DNA of 64,000 nt from the human T2T-CHM13v2.0 reference genome, Homo sapiens, in assembly GCF_009914755.1 (NCBI RefSeq), contig NC_060935.1. The stretch is one strand, 5' to 3'. The notes beneath the pieces were generated by a model, which did no database searches, was not told the origin of the DNA, and was given only the letters and a program-made list of their open reading frames with translations. Made by a program: the position numbers and the translations under genes. Below are positions 14,334 to 31,123 of the stretch, piece after piece (within the stretch, counting starts at the first letter, position 1; every line of letters begins with the position of its first letter).

Positions 14334-15163
14334 GTAGGCATGTATTGAATTTTAAACTCAGAGAAAAATACTAGTGTTTTTATAGGATTCTTACTAAAGA
14401 AAAACCAGAAAGTAATAAACCATCTACGCTAAGACATAAAATTCAGTTGTTTAGTTACAAGATAGAATGTGGCCTTGTAAGAAAGCAAATTAACTTCTAA
14501 CATACAAAGCCTTAGAGAAGATTCAAGTGACTGACGGATCTTAAACAGAGCTATTATTACAACTCGAACTGCAGTAAAATATCCTCAGCAACATAGATGT
14601 GTGTGTTTCACTAGTCAGAGCAATACAAATTTAATGAAACTCCACTGGTGGTGTTTTTAATCAGACAATTTCTGAAGATGTCCTGGCTTATTCACAGATG
14701 CAAGCCAAATCTCTAGAAGAGTACCATAATAAGAAAAAAAAGAATACAGGCAATTGAGAGCTGTTCCAAAGTTTAGGGAGTTTTTGTAAGGAATTAATAA
14801 ATAAAAATGTTCTTGAAAGACAGAAATTAATATGCAGTTCATACTGCCAGAATTGCAGGCAATTTATCAAAGTCCCCTAATCCTCCAAAATCGCTATTTT
14901 TTTTTTGACACACACTTTACAGTACAGAAGAAAATGTCTCCGGCAATAAATCACAAAGTTAAAATTACCTAGTCTACAATTAACTACACAGTGATGGTAA
15001 ATCATTTTCTACCAAAAGAAAGAAATGTCTTGTCTATTCAGGTTCTGCTCTACTTAAAAGTTTTCCTTGTTGGCGAGCAAGTGGTTAGAAAATCATATTT
15101 TATACGTACATTCAGCTTAACTATCATTCAGCTCAGGAAGATGACTCAGGGCCTTATCCATAC

Positions 15164-15321
15164 CTTCAAGTTTGCTCTTAGCAAGTAATTGTTTCAGTAT
15201 CTATATCAAAAATGGCTTAAGCCTGCAACATGTTTCTGAATGATTAACAAGGTGATAGTCAGTTCTTCATTGAATCCTGGATGCTTTATTTTTCTTAATA
15301 AGAGGAATTCATATGGATCAG
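15164..15321 (-). ncRNA. Putative lncRNA exon (158 bp; an alternative donor at 15110 gives 212 bp)
   Basis: Minus strand has tttttttctAG|CTGATC...GAAG|GTatgg; alternative donor GTacgt at 15109-15104. Confidence 0.5.
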
Positions 15322-15354
15322 CTAGAAAAAAATTAAGAGGAAAATCACATGGAA

Positions 15355-15525
15355 AGTTATATATTATATATTTATTATATATAATATATATCTATTATAT
15401 ATTATATATTGTATATCTATTACATATATATTATATATGTATTATATATATTATATATTATATATGTATTATATATATTATATATTATATATCTATTATA
15501 TATATAATATTATATATTATATATC
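15355..15525. repeat. Degenerate (TA)n/(TATAT)n AT-rich microsatellite
   Basis: Seen directly. Confidence 0.95.
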
Positions 15526-15658
15526 ATTTCCAAATTCCCCAGCGTTCATATTTGTCAGTGCAAGTAAAGAGCCTTACTGCTGATGAGGTTTGAGGTATGA
15601 CCATTTGGCCAGAATTTATGAACTCTACATGTCGCTTGATGTGTGCCTCAGGGTATAC

Positions 15659-15953
15659 TTTTTTTTTTTTTTGAGACGGAGTCTTGCTCTGTCGCCCAGG
15701 CTGGAGTGCAGCGGTGCGATCTCAGCTCACCGCAAGCTCCGTCTCCCGGGTTCACGCCATTCTCCTGCCTGAGCCTCCTGAGTAGCTGGGACTACAGGCG
15801 CCCGCCACTATGCCCTGCTAATTTTTTGTATTTTTAGTACAGACGGGGTTTCACCGTGTTAGCCAGGATGGTCTCGATCTCCTGACCTCGTGATCCACCC
15901 GCCTCGGCCTCCCAAAGTGCTGGAATTACAGGTGTGAGCCACCACGCCCGGCC
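15659..15953 (-). mobile_element. AluY
   Basis: Diagnostic 'caagctccg', 'ttcacgccattc', 'accgtgttagccaggatgg'; TSD-like agggta(t/c)actt on both sides. Confidence 0.93.
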
Positions 15954-17757
15954 AGGGTACACTTTTAAGCAGAGACACTACTTTGAAGGTCATAAAAAAT
16001 ATAATAAGAGATAAGGCTAATTTCCTTTAATAATAATAAAATCCTTTAATAAAAATATAAAGGAATAATATAATAATTTTCTTTAATAAAATATAATAAG
16101 AGATAAGGCTAATTTCCTTTAATAAAATATAGTAACTACATACCAACAGAATTCCAAAAAAAGAAATGGAGAGGAAGGGAGCATGGGTCATTAATCTTGT
16201 CAAAAATATAAAATTATATACGAGGAATTCCTAGAAACTGTTTTCCTTGTCTGCGGCCATTGTGCTGCTGCTACACAACTACCGCAAGCAGCCCTTCACG
16301 CCCTCCTCCCAGTACAAAGCTAATTGACTTGTGAGAAATGTTAAGCTTGGAAGAGTCAGCATCGCTGCACTTATTTTTTATTCTACTCTGACATTAGAAT
16401 AATCCTTGAGTGGGGGAAAGGTTAAAAACCCCCCTGGATAAGTGTTACTAATTAATGATGATTGTTTTAAACAATGTTTGGATAATTTTTCCTTGTCCCT
16501 TGACATAAACTTGATAAATAACTGAGAAGTGAGAAGGAGATTAGTGGGTTGATTAAATTCCATTCAGGTACTTAAAGTTAGCTCCAAAAATTTAGCTATT
16601 TGTAAATTGTCATGCATTGTTAATGTATAAGAGATGTAGATTTCATTTATCTTTGGTGGAGCGAGATGAAGCAGTGAATCATTGAAGACTGAAAGAAAGA
16701 AAAAGGTCTTTTCCCTTTTCTTTAAGAAGCATCATTAGTTAAAAACATGTTAGTTGATACCAGAGAACTATATTTAAAGGGACAGCAATAAGCAAATTGA
16801 TTACTCTGGTGATTATTGGAGTGACATTGCCTTTTAGTTGTACTTTCACAAAAATTCACAATATTTGCCAAAGTCAAGTTATCCATTACACTATTAATTT
16901 GTCATTCTTTTGTTTATATAGTCAATATCTCTATCTCAATTGGATCTATCTCAACTGCTTCTAAACAAGCCACCATAGTCTCTCCCATTTCAACAATCTC
17001 TTCCAAGTACCACTTCATTTCTTCTTTTCATATTTTTGAAAACTTTTGAAAAACTACCTATTTTCCTCCTCCATTTCTTGTTCATTCCATTCTAGTGGAC
17101 ATGGAATCTGTTCCTCCTCCAAAACGGAATTTGGTAACCCTTAAATTACTAAACCCAAAACAATATGTTGTCTTTATCTTTACCTCTCTGTGGCATTTAA
17201 TGATAAGACCACTACTTTCTTCTCTTTTACCCTTCTTTCTTGAATTCAGTCAGACAACGTACTTACATTTTTCGTCTTATTCTCCATCTTAGAAACCACC
17301 TCAGCTTTCTCCATTCAGCTATAAAATTGTGCTTTTCCTCAAAGATTAATCTGCCTCTCCTCTCACTCTATACTATCTCTGTTAGCTAATTTTATTTGTG
17401 CACATTGCTTATACTGGGCATTATATACACATATGCATGTGTGTACATGTGCACACACACACTGTATGTGGACATGTATATATATATGTGTGTGTGTATA
17501 TATATAGTATATATATAAATTACAATAACATAAAGGTGGCATTTTAAATTAGTGGAAATTACCCTGATTTGATCACTACACATTCTATACATGTAAAGAA
17601 AATATCACTCTGTATCCCAAGAATATGTACAATTATGGTTTGTCAAATGAAAAAGTTCATACATTGAAAAATTTTAGATAAATATCAAACTTTCTCTGAA
17701 ACTGTAACTGTAAAATGTAAAAAACAGTAATTGCTATATTGCTTATTTCTGAGTAGA

Positions 17758-17857
17758 AGAATATGAGACATTTCCCTAATCATTATGTGTAATTACAATT
17801 ACATATATATATGTAATTGTAATTACACATAATGATTAGGGAAATGTCTCATATTCT
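17758..17857. repeat. Perfect 100-bp palindrome (two 50-bp arms, no spacer)
   Basis: agaatatgagacatttccctaatcattatgtgtaattacaattacatata|tatatgtaattgtaattacacataatgattagggaaatgtctcatattct. Confidence 0.97.
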
Positions 17858-18952
17858 ATATATATAGACAGAAAGAGAGAAAATATATGAGGGAGAGAAG
17901 GAATCTTTCCATCTCCTTTGAGTTCCACGGTGTTGAGAGTCAGGACAACTGCAATTGCTTCATCATGCCTGCTTGCAATTATAGGGCTTTTGAACCATTT
18001 GTTCCCTCCTTAGATATCCTCATTTTTTTCAGATTCTTGCTTAGAAGTCACTCCTCCGTGGACCTCCTCTGACATATTAAACATTGCAGTCCATTATAAG
18101 CTGCAAGAGGACAGGGATTTTTGCCTGTTTTATTCCCTACTGTATCACCAGGGGCTAGAGCAATATCTGACAAACAGTGGGCATGTAATGAATATTTGTT
18201 AAGTGAAGTAATAAATTCAATCAAATCACATCACCTGTTTAAAGCACTTCATTGGCTTCACATTGCACTTAGAATAAAGAGAAATTCTTTTTATACAATA
18301 TACAATATATTTTATACAATATAAGTTCCTGCAGAATGCAGACACTTTCTACTTCTCCAGCCTCTTTTCGACTCCTCTCCTACTAGCTTCTGTATTTAAG
18401 CCACATTAGACCTTTCTTCAGTTTTTTATATAGACTTTGTCGCATCACACCTCAGAGATTCTGTACATGTTCTTCCTCCTGCCTAGAAAGGATCGTCCCT
18501 CCACTTTCGCCAACTAATCCCTGCTCAACTTTTCATCTCAGCAGGAGGCCCATTCTCTTTGGCAATCCTCTGGCCTCCAGCCCATTTATTATATGCTCAC
18601 ATGTCAACATGTACTTCGTACAGCATGTAACACAATTGCACTTTTATATTTTAACAAATTATATTTCCCATATTGAACTGTAAGTCTCCTGAAAGCAGGA
18701 ATTTTGTTCTTGCTCATCATCAACTTTTTCAACATCCAGTGCACCATTTAGAACTTAGATGTAGTCAATACAGGTTTGTGGAATGAAAGAGGAAAAGAAA
18801 GAATTAATATTCCTTTAAATTAGGATGGCAAAGATCGTATATAGAAAATTGGCTAAGTTGTGGTCCATTCATGTTTGCTCCCAATTAAGGAGCACAGCTA
18901 TGAAAAGGAAGGCTTCAAATTAATAACCAATAGATTTTTTTAAAAAGAAAAC

Positions 18953-19250
18953 TGGCCAGGTACTGTGGCTTATGTCTATAATATCAGCATGTTGGGAGGC
19001 CAAGGCAGGATTACTTGAGCCCAGAAATTCCAGACCAGCCTGAGAATTTGGCAAAACTCTGTCTCTACAAAAAATACAAAAATTAGCCAAGTTTGGTGGC
19101 ATGTGCCTGTAGTACCAGCTACTTGGGAGGCTGAGGTGGAAGAATAGCTTGAGTCTGGGAGGTCAAGGCTGCAATGAGCTGTGATTGCACCACTGCACTC
19201 AAGCCTGGGTGGTAGAGTAAGACCCTGTCTCAAAAAAAAAAAAAAAAAGA
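18953..19250 (+). mobile_element. AluJ
   Basis: Dimeric Alu with 'gaggtcaaggctgca', 'agaccctgtctc' and A tail. Confidence 0.9.
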
Positions 19251-20469
19251 AAAATCACTAAGCAAAATAAGACCTGTGAAGGATCATGTCAAAGGTAAGA
19301 AAAATTAGGGGAACATTAAAAGCTTTCTTCCCAAGCCACTAAATCAACTTGACTAACAAAATTACCACTTGATTTAGCATTAGAAAATTACAATACATAT
19401 CAAACATAAACCCATTAATCAAATACTAAAGAAATTTCTGAGTTAAATGGTATAATGTTAGCTTATGCCAGAGCTGACCTTGAAAGATTGTTCAAATATG
19501 GCTCAGTGTGATTGAAAGTTCTGTGTGAATATGTTTTTGGAAAGATCCAACAGCAACACCTTAGTGTATGTTTTTGAAATAAAATGTATCTGAGTAGCAG
19601 CAAAGTTATTCTCAAATTTCCATTTTATAGCTGGAGATGTTATACCGTGACGTATATGATAGGACCCAATATGGATCAATCCCTTTTAGAAGTCAATCAG
19701 GAAGAGGGGAGCAGTTAAAACAGTTGCTTGGTTTACAAACATTAGAACAATTTTCTTATTCACACCATCTGATTATTGTATGTTATTTTTTCCCCAACGT
19801 TTAGACTACACAATGAGTTAAGAATGATAAAAATAAGCTCACCAATATACTATGTACATATTTACCAAAATCTGTGCATGCTTATACATATAAACACAGC
19901 TGATAATTTATTAGTTAGGCTCATTTGTAATTTTTGTCACTATAGACCAGTTTTTTATTTAAATTGAAGATTAGTATACATTTTAAATGATTAGTCAAAA
20001 TAAAAAATCTAAAATGTGCTCTAAATACCTCTTAGGTCAGAAAAAAAAAGTCAAAAGCTAGAGTATAGAGAAATTAAGAAACGCCCTAAATTTCTAATCT
20101 GACAAAAATTCATACAAGATTTAAATATTTTAATGGAAAATAGAACAGAACTAATTATTGAAGAAATTATAGAAAGGAAACAAAATAAACAGATTATATG
20201 GAGGATTTTTAGAAGATAAGTAAATAAATTAATATACTAGGAAAAAAGGGAAATATACTTGATAAATAAATACAGGTAAGAGTTCTTTTGAAATAATGAT
20301 AAAATAGAAAATCTCTGTCAAAACTAAAAGGAAAGATGCATAAATATATAAATAAATGATAAAAAATGTTGCATACATATATGACTTTTTCAGAATCAAA
20401 AAATTTAAATTTCTGTAATAAAATTTAAATGTTTATAAATTTAAAAAACTAGAAGAAAGAATGTTGACT

Positions 20470-21400
20470 GTTCACAATACAAATAAATGACAAATATTTG
20501 AGGTGATGGATATGCTAATTATCCTTATTTGATCATTGGGCATTGTATACATGTATCAAAATATCACTCTGTATCCCATGAATATGTACAATTATTTGTC
20601 TCAAAAACAAACAAAAAAAAGATAATGGGAGAATGTTGAAAACTCAGAGAGAAGAGCAACTCTCACAGATAGGGATCCAGATAACATTAGCAGCTGATTT
20701 CTCGGCAGAAACCTTGAAGGCCAGTAGGCAGTGGATTATATATTTAAAATAATGAAGAAACCTGTCAATTGAGAAATATATAGCTGGAAAACTTATCCTT
20801 CAAAAATGAAGGAGAAATTAAGACATTGCCGGATTTTTTTTTAAAACTGAAAAAAATCCATTTATCCCTGAATTTGACATTCAGGAAGTGTTAAGTCCTT
20901 CAGGTTGAAATAAATGAACTCTAGGCAATAACTATGTAAGTAAATAAGCAAGCTGTATGAATATACAAAGCTCTCTGGTAAAGGTAAATACATAAACAAA
21001 CATAAAAACAGTCCTATTGTAATTTTGGTTTGTAACTCTGCTTTTTATTTTCTACATAATTTAAAAGGCAAATGCATAAAATGTAATTGTAAATCTGTTA
21101 GCTGGTATACAATGAATAAAGATATAATTTGTCACATCAATAACATAAAAATAGTAGAGCTATATATATAGCAGTAGAATTTTGGTATGTGATTGAACTT
21201 AAGTTGAAATAAATTCAAATTAAAATGTTATAACTCTAGGATGTTATATGTAATTCTCATAGTAACCAAAAATGAAATATATATAGAATATAAACAAAAG
21301 GAAATGAGACTAGAAACAAAATGTGTCACTACAAAAAAATCAACTAAAGATAAAAAAGAAATAATTGAGAAAATGATTGGTAAAAATCAGTAACTCTGAC
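20470..21400 (+). mobile_element. L1M fragments (3' end 20470-20620; ORF1/inter-ORF 20640-21400)
   Basis: 'gaggtgatggatatgctaattatcc..tgtacaattat' and 'agctgatttctcggcagaaaccttg..ttatccttcaaaaatgaaggagaaat'. Confidence 0.7.
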
Positions 21401-22162
21401 GTATTAAAACTTTCCATGCTACATAAATCTGAAAACTCTATTTCACATAAAACTGGAGCTGAAAGAAACAAATATTTACCTATAAAGTTAAAAGTTATAT
21501 AGGGAACAAACACTAATTTTTTTTAGAAAAAATTATAAAAAGAGTAAAAATATGCCTTATACTACCGTAATTTCATGTTTTACAGCTCTGGGAAAATAGA
21601 AAATAAAATGTTCTGTTAGCATGAATCCCTCTGTGCCCCCAAAAAACCCTATGGATTGCATCATTATTACCTAAAAAGTCTATTCTCAAATGCAGCAGAG
21701 TGATATTTTTTACAAGGTAGATATTAATTTTAGATATGGAATAATATTGGTGATTTCAATTTTATAACACTGGGTTAAGATGAAAGAATGAGAAGATAAA
21801 GGTCCCTCAGCAATATAACTCACAAACATGTTCAGAAGCAGTAAGAAGTTACATTAATTATCTTTTGAAAGTCGATAATCTACATCTTTAATGTATGCAT
21901 ATAGCATAGCTAATGTACTATCGCTGGGTCCATTTATTCAATGAATAATTGCCGCTATGTGTCAGACATTTTTCTAGGCCTAGGAATGGATACATAAGTG
22001 AACAAAGCAAAGATTCTGGTTCTTGTAGAGTTTCCATTAAAAGACAATTTAGTAAAACTTTTCTTCCCCCAAATTATAAAATCTGTAAGATGATTTAACA
22101 ACATGTGTAAAAGTCATTGTGGGCCAGGCACGGTGGCTCATACCAGGTGTGGTGACTCATAG

Positions 22163-22451
<289 letters not shown>

Positions 22452-22975
22452 TAACTTTAGCATATACCCCAAATCTGTAAGACATAATATTATAATTCAA
22501 ATGCAACTCATGGCTTCTCTTTGTACTCTTTCTCTAGCTTTTGAATTATTTATTCTAATACCAGTTTTAATTCTGACACAAAATCATGGGAGTTCTAATC
22601 AAAATCCAACCTTTTATCATAAAAACTATGAAGAAATTATGAGTAGAATTTAAAAAGGAAAATAGGCCTATTAATTAGATTTGTCTTTGTAGCATTTAAC
22701 TCTATAATAAATAATATTTTATGCCTATGAGTCCCCAACAAAGCCTCCAGCTTCTATTTAGATATAAACTGTAAAAGTCACTACTGGATCCACAAGCAAG
22801 ACTATGGTAAATAAATTTCTCCACCTAACCAGCTTCTTTTACATGATGTTACATGTTTCTTTTGTTTTTTCATTTTGGCAAATATTGATTGTCATCTTCG
22901 TGTTTGTCTATGTCCTAAGTGCTGGGATACAGAATCTGAAAAGATGGACACAGGACCTGCCTTCAAGTTCACCCC

Positions 22976-23308
<333 letters not shown>

Positions 23309-23420
23309 TAAGCAAGCCAGTTTTTAAAATGAGAACTGCAATTAGAGTTAAATGCTACAAAGACAAACTCACAGGAAGATGGGATGTAGAATGATAAGGC
23401 TCTCAGAATAGTAAGAGAAA

Positions 23421-23603
23421 CTATTGCTTCTTACGATGTTTGTCTTTCTTTGTATCGGTGCTCAGCTGAGTCTGCAGTGCTTCAGAGGCAGCTTTCATTT
23501 TATAAAAATCTATGATTTCTCCTTCCAGTTGTTTTTTCTCTTCCTCGAGCTTCCTTATCTCCTCCTGTTGAATCATTTTAAGATGCTCGAACTTGTCCTG
23601 CAG
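23421..23603 (-). pseudogene. SEPTIN14: Duplicated (unprocessed) SEPTIN14 terminal coding exon fragment (parent symbol given)
   Basis: Translates [60 protein letters not shown], matching the recalled septin-14 C-terminal coiled coil (parent ends ...KHRKK); preceded by acceptor tttcacAG at 23605-23604; no upstream septin exons in window. Confidence 0.9.
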
Positions 23604-23764
23604 CTGTGAAACCAATGTGCAGTTGTGACACCAAAGCAGTGTGGCTGAACACCTAAAAGAATACGCTATTTTTCTGATTATCAAACAAACCCAAATCATC
23701 ACAGTAGAGCACGATCTTAATAACAATCTCAAAAACTCAGGAGTAAACACTCAGATATGGAATT

Positions 23765-24268
23765 TTTCTTTTCTTTCTTTTTTCCTTTTATAAGATGGAG
23801 TCTCACTCTGTTGCCCAGGCTGGAGTGCACTGGTGCGATCTCAGCTCACTGCAACCTCCATCTCCCAGTTCAAGTGATTCTCCTGCCTCAGCCTCTTGAG
23901 TAGCTGGGACTATAGGCATGCACCACCACTACAGGCGTGTGCCACCACACCTGGCTAATTTTTGTATTTTTAGTAGAGATGGGGTTTTGCCATGATGGCC
24001 AGGCCGGTCTCGAACTCCTGACCTCAGGTGATCCTCCCGCTTTGGCCTCCCAAAGACTTTTTTTTTTTTTTTAATATAGAGACAAGTTCTCAGTACATTG
24101 CCCAGGCTGGTCTCAAACTCCTGAGCTCAAGTGATCCTCCCACCTCAGCTTCCCAAAGTGCTGGGACTGACTGGATGCAGTGGCTCATGCTTGTAAACTC
24201 AGCACTTTGGGAGGCCAAGGTGGGAGGATCGCTTGAGCCCAGGAGTTCAAGACCAGACTGGGTGATAT
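23765..24268. mobile_element. Alu cluster: reverse AluS (23765-24053), reverse monomer (24058-24167), forward monomer (24170-24268)
   Basis: Alu motifs seen directly. Confidence 0.85.
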
Positions 24269-24279
24269 AACACAATAGT

Positions 24280-25130
24280 CAACTTCAACAGGAGAGAGAA
24301 TCTGTAAACTTGAATATAGATCTTCCGAAATTATCCAGTCAGAGGACAGAGAAAAAAAGAATAAAAGAGAGAAAAGAAGGCTGGGTGTGGTGGCTCAAGC
24401 CTGTAATCCCAACACTTTGGGAGGCCGAGGCAGGCAGATTAAGAGGTCAGGAGTTCAAGACCAGCCTGTCCAACATGACAAAGCCCCATCTCTACTAAAA
24501 ATACAAAAATTAGCCGGGTGTGGTGGCACACACCTGTAGTCCCAGCTACTTGGGAGGCTGAGGCAGGAGAATCGCTTGAACCCAGGAGGCGGAGGTTGGA
24601 GTGCAATGTGAGCCGAGACCACACATTACACTCCAGCCTGGGTGACAGAGCATGACTCTGTCTCAAAAAGAAAAAAAAAAGAGACAGAGAAAAGAAAGCC
24701 AACAAGACACCATTAAGCAAACCATTGTCAGGTTATGGGAGTTTGAGAAGGAAAGTAGAGAAAGGAGAATAAAGCTTATTTAAAGAATGGCTGACAACTG
24801 CCTAAATCATGGGAAAGATTTAGACATCTAAATCCATGAAGCTTAAAGATTCCTAAAGAGGTTCAAACCAAATAGATACTCACCAAGTCACAATATAATC
24901 AAATAGTCAAAAGTTAAAGAAACTTTGCAGGTCAGGACAGAATCGAATAATACATTCAAAGTGCTGAAAGAAAAAAACTGCCAGCAACTAATACTATGTC
25001 TGACAAAGCTGTCCTTCAGAAAGGAAAAAGAAATAACATGTTTCCTCGACAAACAAAGCTGAGGGCATTCAGGACCACTAGGTCTACCTTAAAAAAATGC
25101 TTAACGGAGTTTTTCAGGTAAAAATGAATG
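24280..25130 (+). mobile_element. L1M ORF1 fragment with an AluS at 24379-24680
   Basis: 'aatacattcaaagtgctgaaagaaaaaaactgcc..acaaacaaagctgagggcattc' L1 ORF1 motifs flank the Alu. Confidence 0.75.
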
Positions 25131-25136
25131 AAGTTG

Positions 25137-25370
25137 GGAGCGGTGGCTCATGCCTATAATCCCATTTTGGGAGGCTGAGGTGGGTGGATCACCTGAGGTC
25201 GGGAGGTCAAGACCAGCCTGGCCAACATGGCAAAACCCCACCTCCAGTAAAAATACAAAAAATTAGCCAGGTATGAAGGCCACTGATATCGTGCCACTGC
25301 ACTCCAGCCTGGGTGACAAGAGTCAAACTACATTTCAAAAACAAAAAACAAAACAAACAAAAAAAACAAA
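25137..25370 (+). mobile_element. AluS with internal deletion and CA-interrupted tail
   Basis: Left arm intact; right arm lacks its middle. Confidence 0.85.
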
Positions 25371-25374
25371 ACTT

Positions 25375-29237
<3,863 letters not shown>

Positions 29238-30582
29238 TTCGGGCTTGGCGCAGAAACTCACTCCAAATAAATTACCTACCAAAACATTTACATAATGGTG
29301 GAAATATTCCAAAATTCAATATTTTGGGATTTATACACAAAAGATAAACAAATTAGAGGCCAAGAGGCTGCCGGAAGGGAAAAACGGGGCCTGGAATGGC
29401 CGACGTGAGGAATGAGCTGGGCCTAAAGAGGCCACTGGCAGGCAGGAGCTGGACCTGCCGAAGTGGCCGAAAGGCAGGAGCTTTGGACTGGGGAGGCCGC
29501 AGTGAGGCGAGAGCTAGCTGGGCGTGGAGAGTCCGCTGTGAGGCCGAGGCCGAGGCCGGGCCCGTGCAGGCCTTCGAGAGGCAGGAGGCCGGGCCTGCAA
29601 AGGCCGACTGGAGATCAAGTTCTGCGCCTGAAGAGGCTGCCAAAAGTCAAAAGCGGGGCCTGGGAAGGCCGCCGAGAGCCATGAGCTGGGCTGGGCCGAA
29701 AGAGGCCACTGGGAGGCAGGAGGAGCTGGGCCTGGAGAGGCTGACTCGAGGAAGTTTTGCACCTGGAGAGGCCGTCGAGAGGACGGAGCTGGGCCCAGGG
29801 AGGCCGACTTGCTGCTCTTCCAGGCCCACTTCCAGGCCGACTTGAGGACGACTTGGGCCTGCAGAGGCCGCCGGGAGGCTGGAGCTAAGCCTGGAGAGAC
29901 TGACTTCGGGACGATTTGGGCCTGCGGAGGCCGCCGGGAGGCCCAAGCTGGGCCTAGAGGAGCCCACCGACCGGAGGCCATTTGGGGCCTGCAGATGTCA
30001 TCGGAGGGCCAGGAGCTGAGCCTGGAGAGGCCACCGCGAGGCCTGAGCTGGGCCTGGGGAGCTTGGCTTAGGGAAGTTGTGGGCCTACCAGGGCCGCTGG
30101 GAGCTGGGCAGGAGCTGAGTCCAAAGACGTTGTTGGGACCTGGAGTCGGGCCAGAGTCCGGCCTGGAGATGCAGCCGGGAGGAAGAGCTGGGCCCGGAGG
30201 GGGCGCCGGGAGGCTGCAAGTGGGTCTGAGAGGCCAACTTGAGGAGGCCTGGCCTCTGCCTCCCGCATTGCCCAGCTGTTCCTCCTGGCTGCATCTCCCA
30301 CCTCCCAGCAAACAAGCTCTTTTGGCTCAGCTCCCGCCTGCGTTTGTAGACCCCAAAGTTTCTGCAACCAAGCTCTTCAGACCCACATCCCTTCTCCCAG
30401 TGACTGAACAGTCCCAGCTCCGGCTGGAGAAGGGCGTCTGCAGACCCCGCTGTTGCCTCCCAGGGGAGTCTCCAGGCCCAGCTCTCGCCCCACCGCGACC
30501 TCCCAGGCCCAAGTCCCTGCCTACCTCCCAGCAGCCTGAGTGCGATCCTGTTCCTCCCTCACGGTGGCCTGTTGAGGCAGGG

Positions 30583-30595
30583 GGTCACGCTGACC
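30583..30595. promoter_or_regulatory. Perfect consensus estrogen response element GGTCAcgcTGACC (function unproven)
   Basis: Exact match to GGTCAnnnTGACC. Confidence 0.45.
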
Positions 30596-31123
30596 TCTCT
30601 CAGCGTGGGAGGGGCCGGGGTGAGGCAAGGGGCTCACGCTGACCTCTGTCCGCGTGGGAGGGGCTGGTGTGAGGCAAGGGCTCAGGCTGACCTCTCTCAG
30701 CGTGGGAGGGGCCGGTGTGAGGCAAGGGGCTCACGCTGACCTCTGTCCGCGTGGGAGGGGCCGGTGTGAGACAAGGGGCTCACACTGACCTCTCTCAGCG
30801 TGGGAGGGGCCGGTGTGAGGCAAGGGCTCACACTGACCTCTCTCAGCATGGGAGGGGCCGGTGTGAGACAAGGGGCTCGGGCTGACCTCTCTCAGCGTGG
30901 GAGGGGCCGGTGTGAGGCAAGGGGCTCACGCTGACCTCTGTCCGCGTGGGAGGGGCCGGTGTGAGGCAAGGGCTCACACTGACCTCTCTCAGCGTGGGAG
31001 GGGCCGGTGTGAGGCAAGGGGCTCACGCTGACCTCTGTCCGCGTGGGAGGGGCCGGGGTGAGGCAAGGGCTCACACTGACCTCTCTCAGCGTGGGAGGAG
31101 CCAGTGTGACGCAGGGGCTCACG
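30583..31123. repeat. 48/49-bp VNTR, 11 copies
   Basis: TGACCTCT at 30591, 30640, 30688, 30737, 30786, 30834, 30883, 30932, 30980, 31029, 31077. Confidence 0.97.

Noticed and set aside
15240-15593. 117-aa Ile/Tyr-rich ORF resembling a membrane protein
   Set aside because: Translation of the (TA)n tract
17555-20600. Similarity between 17555-17645 and 20510-20600
   Set aside because: Both are L1M 3'-end fragments; flanks do not match
23421-23750. 109-aa ORF as a complete gene
   Set aside because: The N-terminal half is intron read-through upstream of the acceptor at 23604; only the last 60 codons are septin-derived
30583-31123. CRISPR-like regularly spaced repeats
   Set aside because: Units are contiguous with no unique spacers, there are no cas genes, and the DNA is human; this is a VNTR
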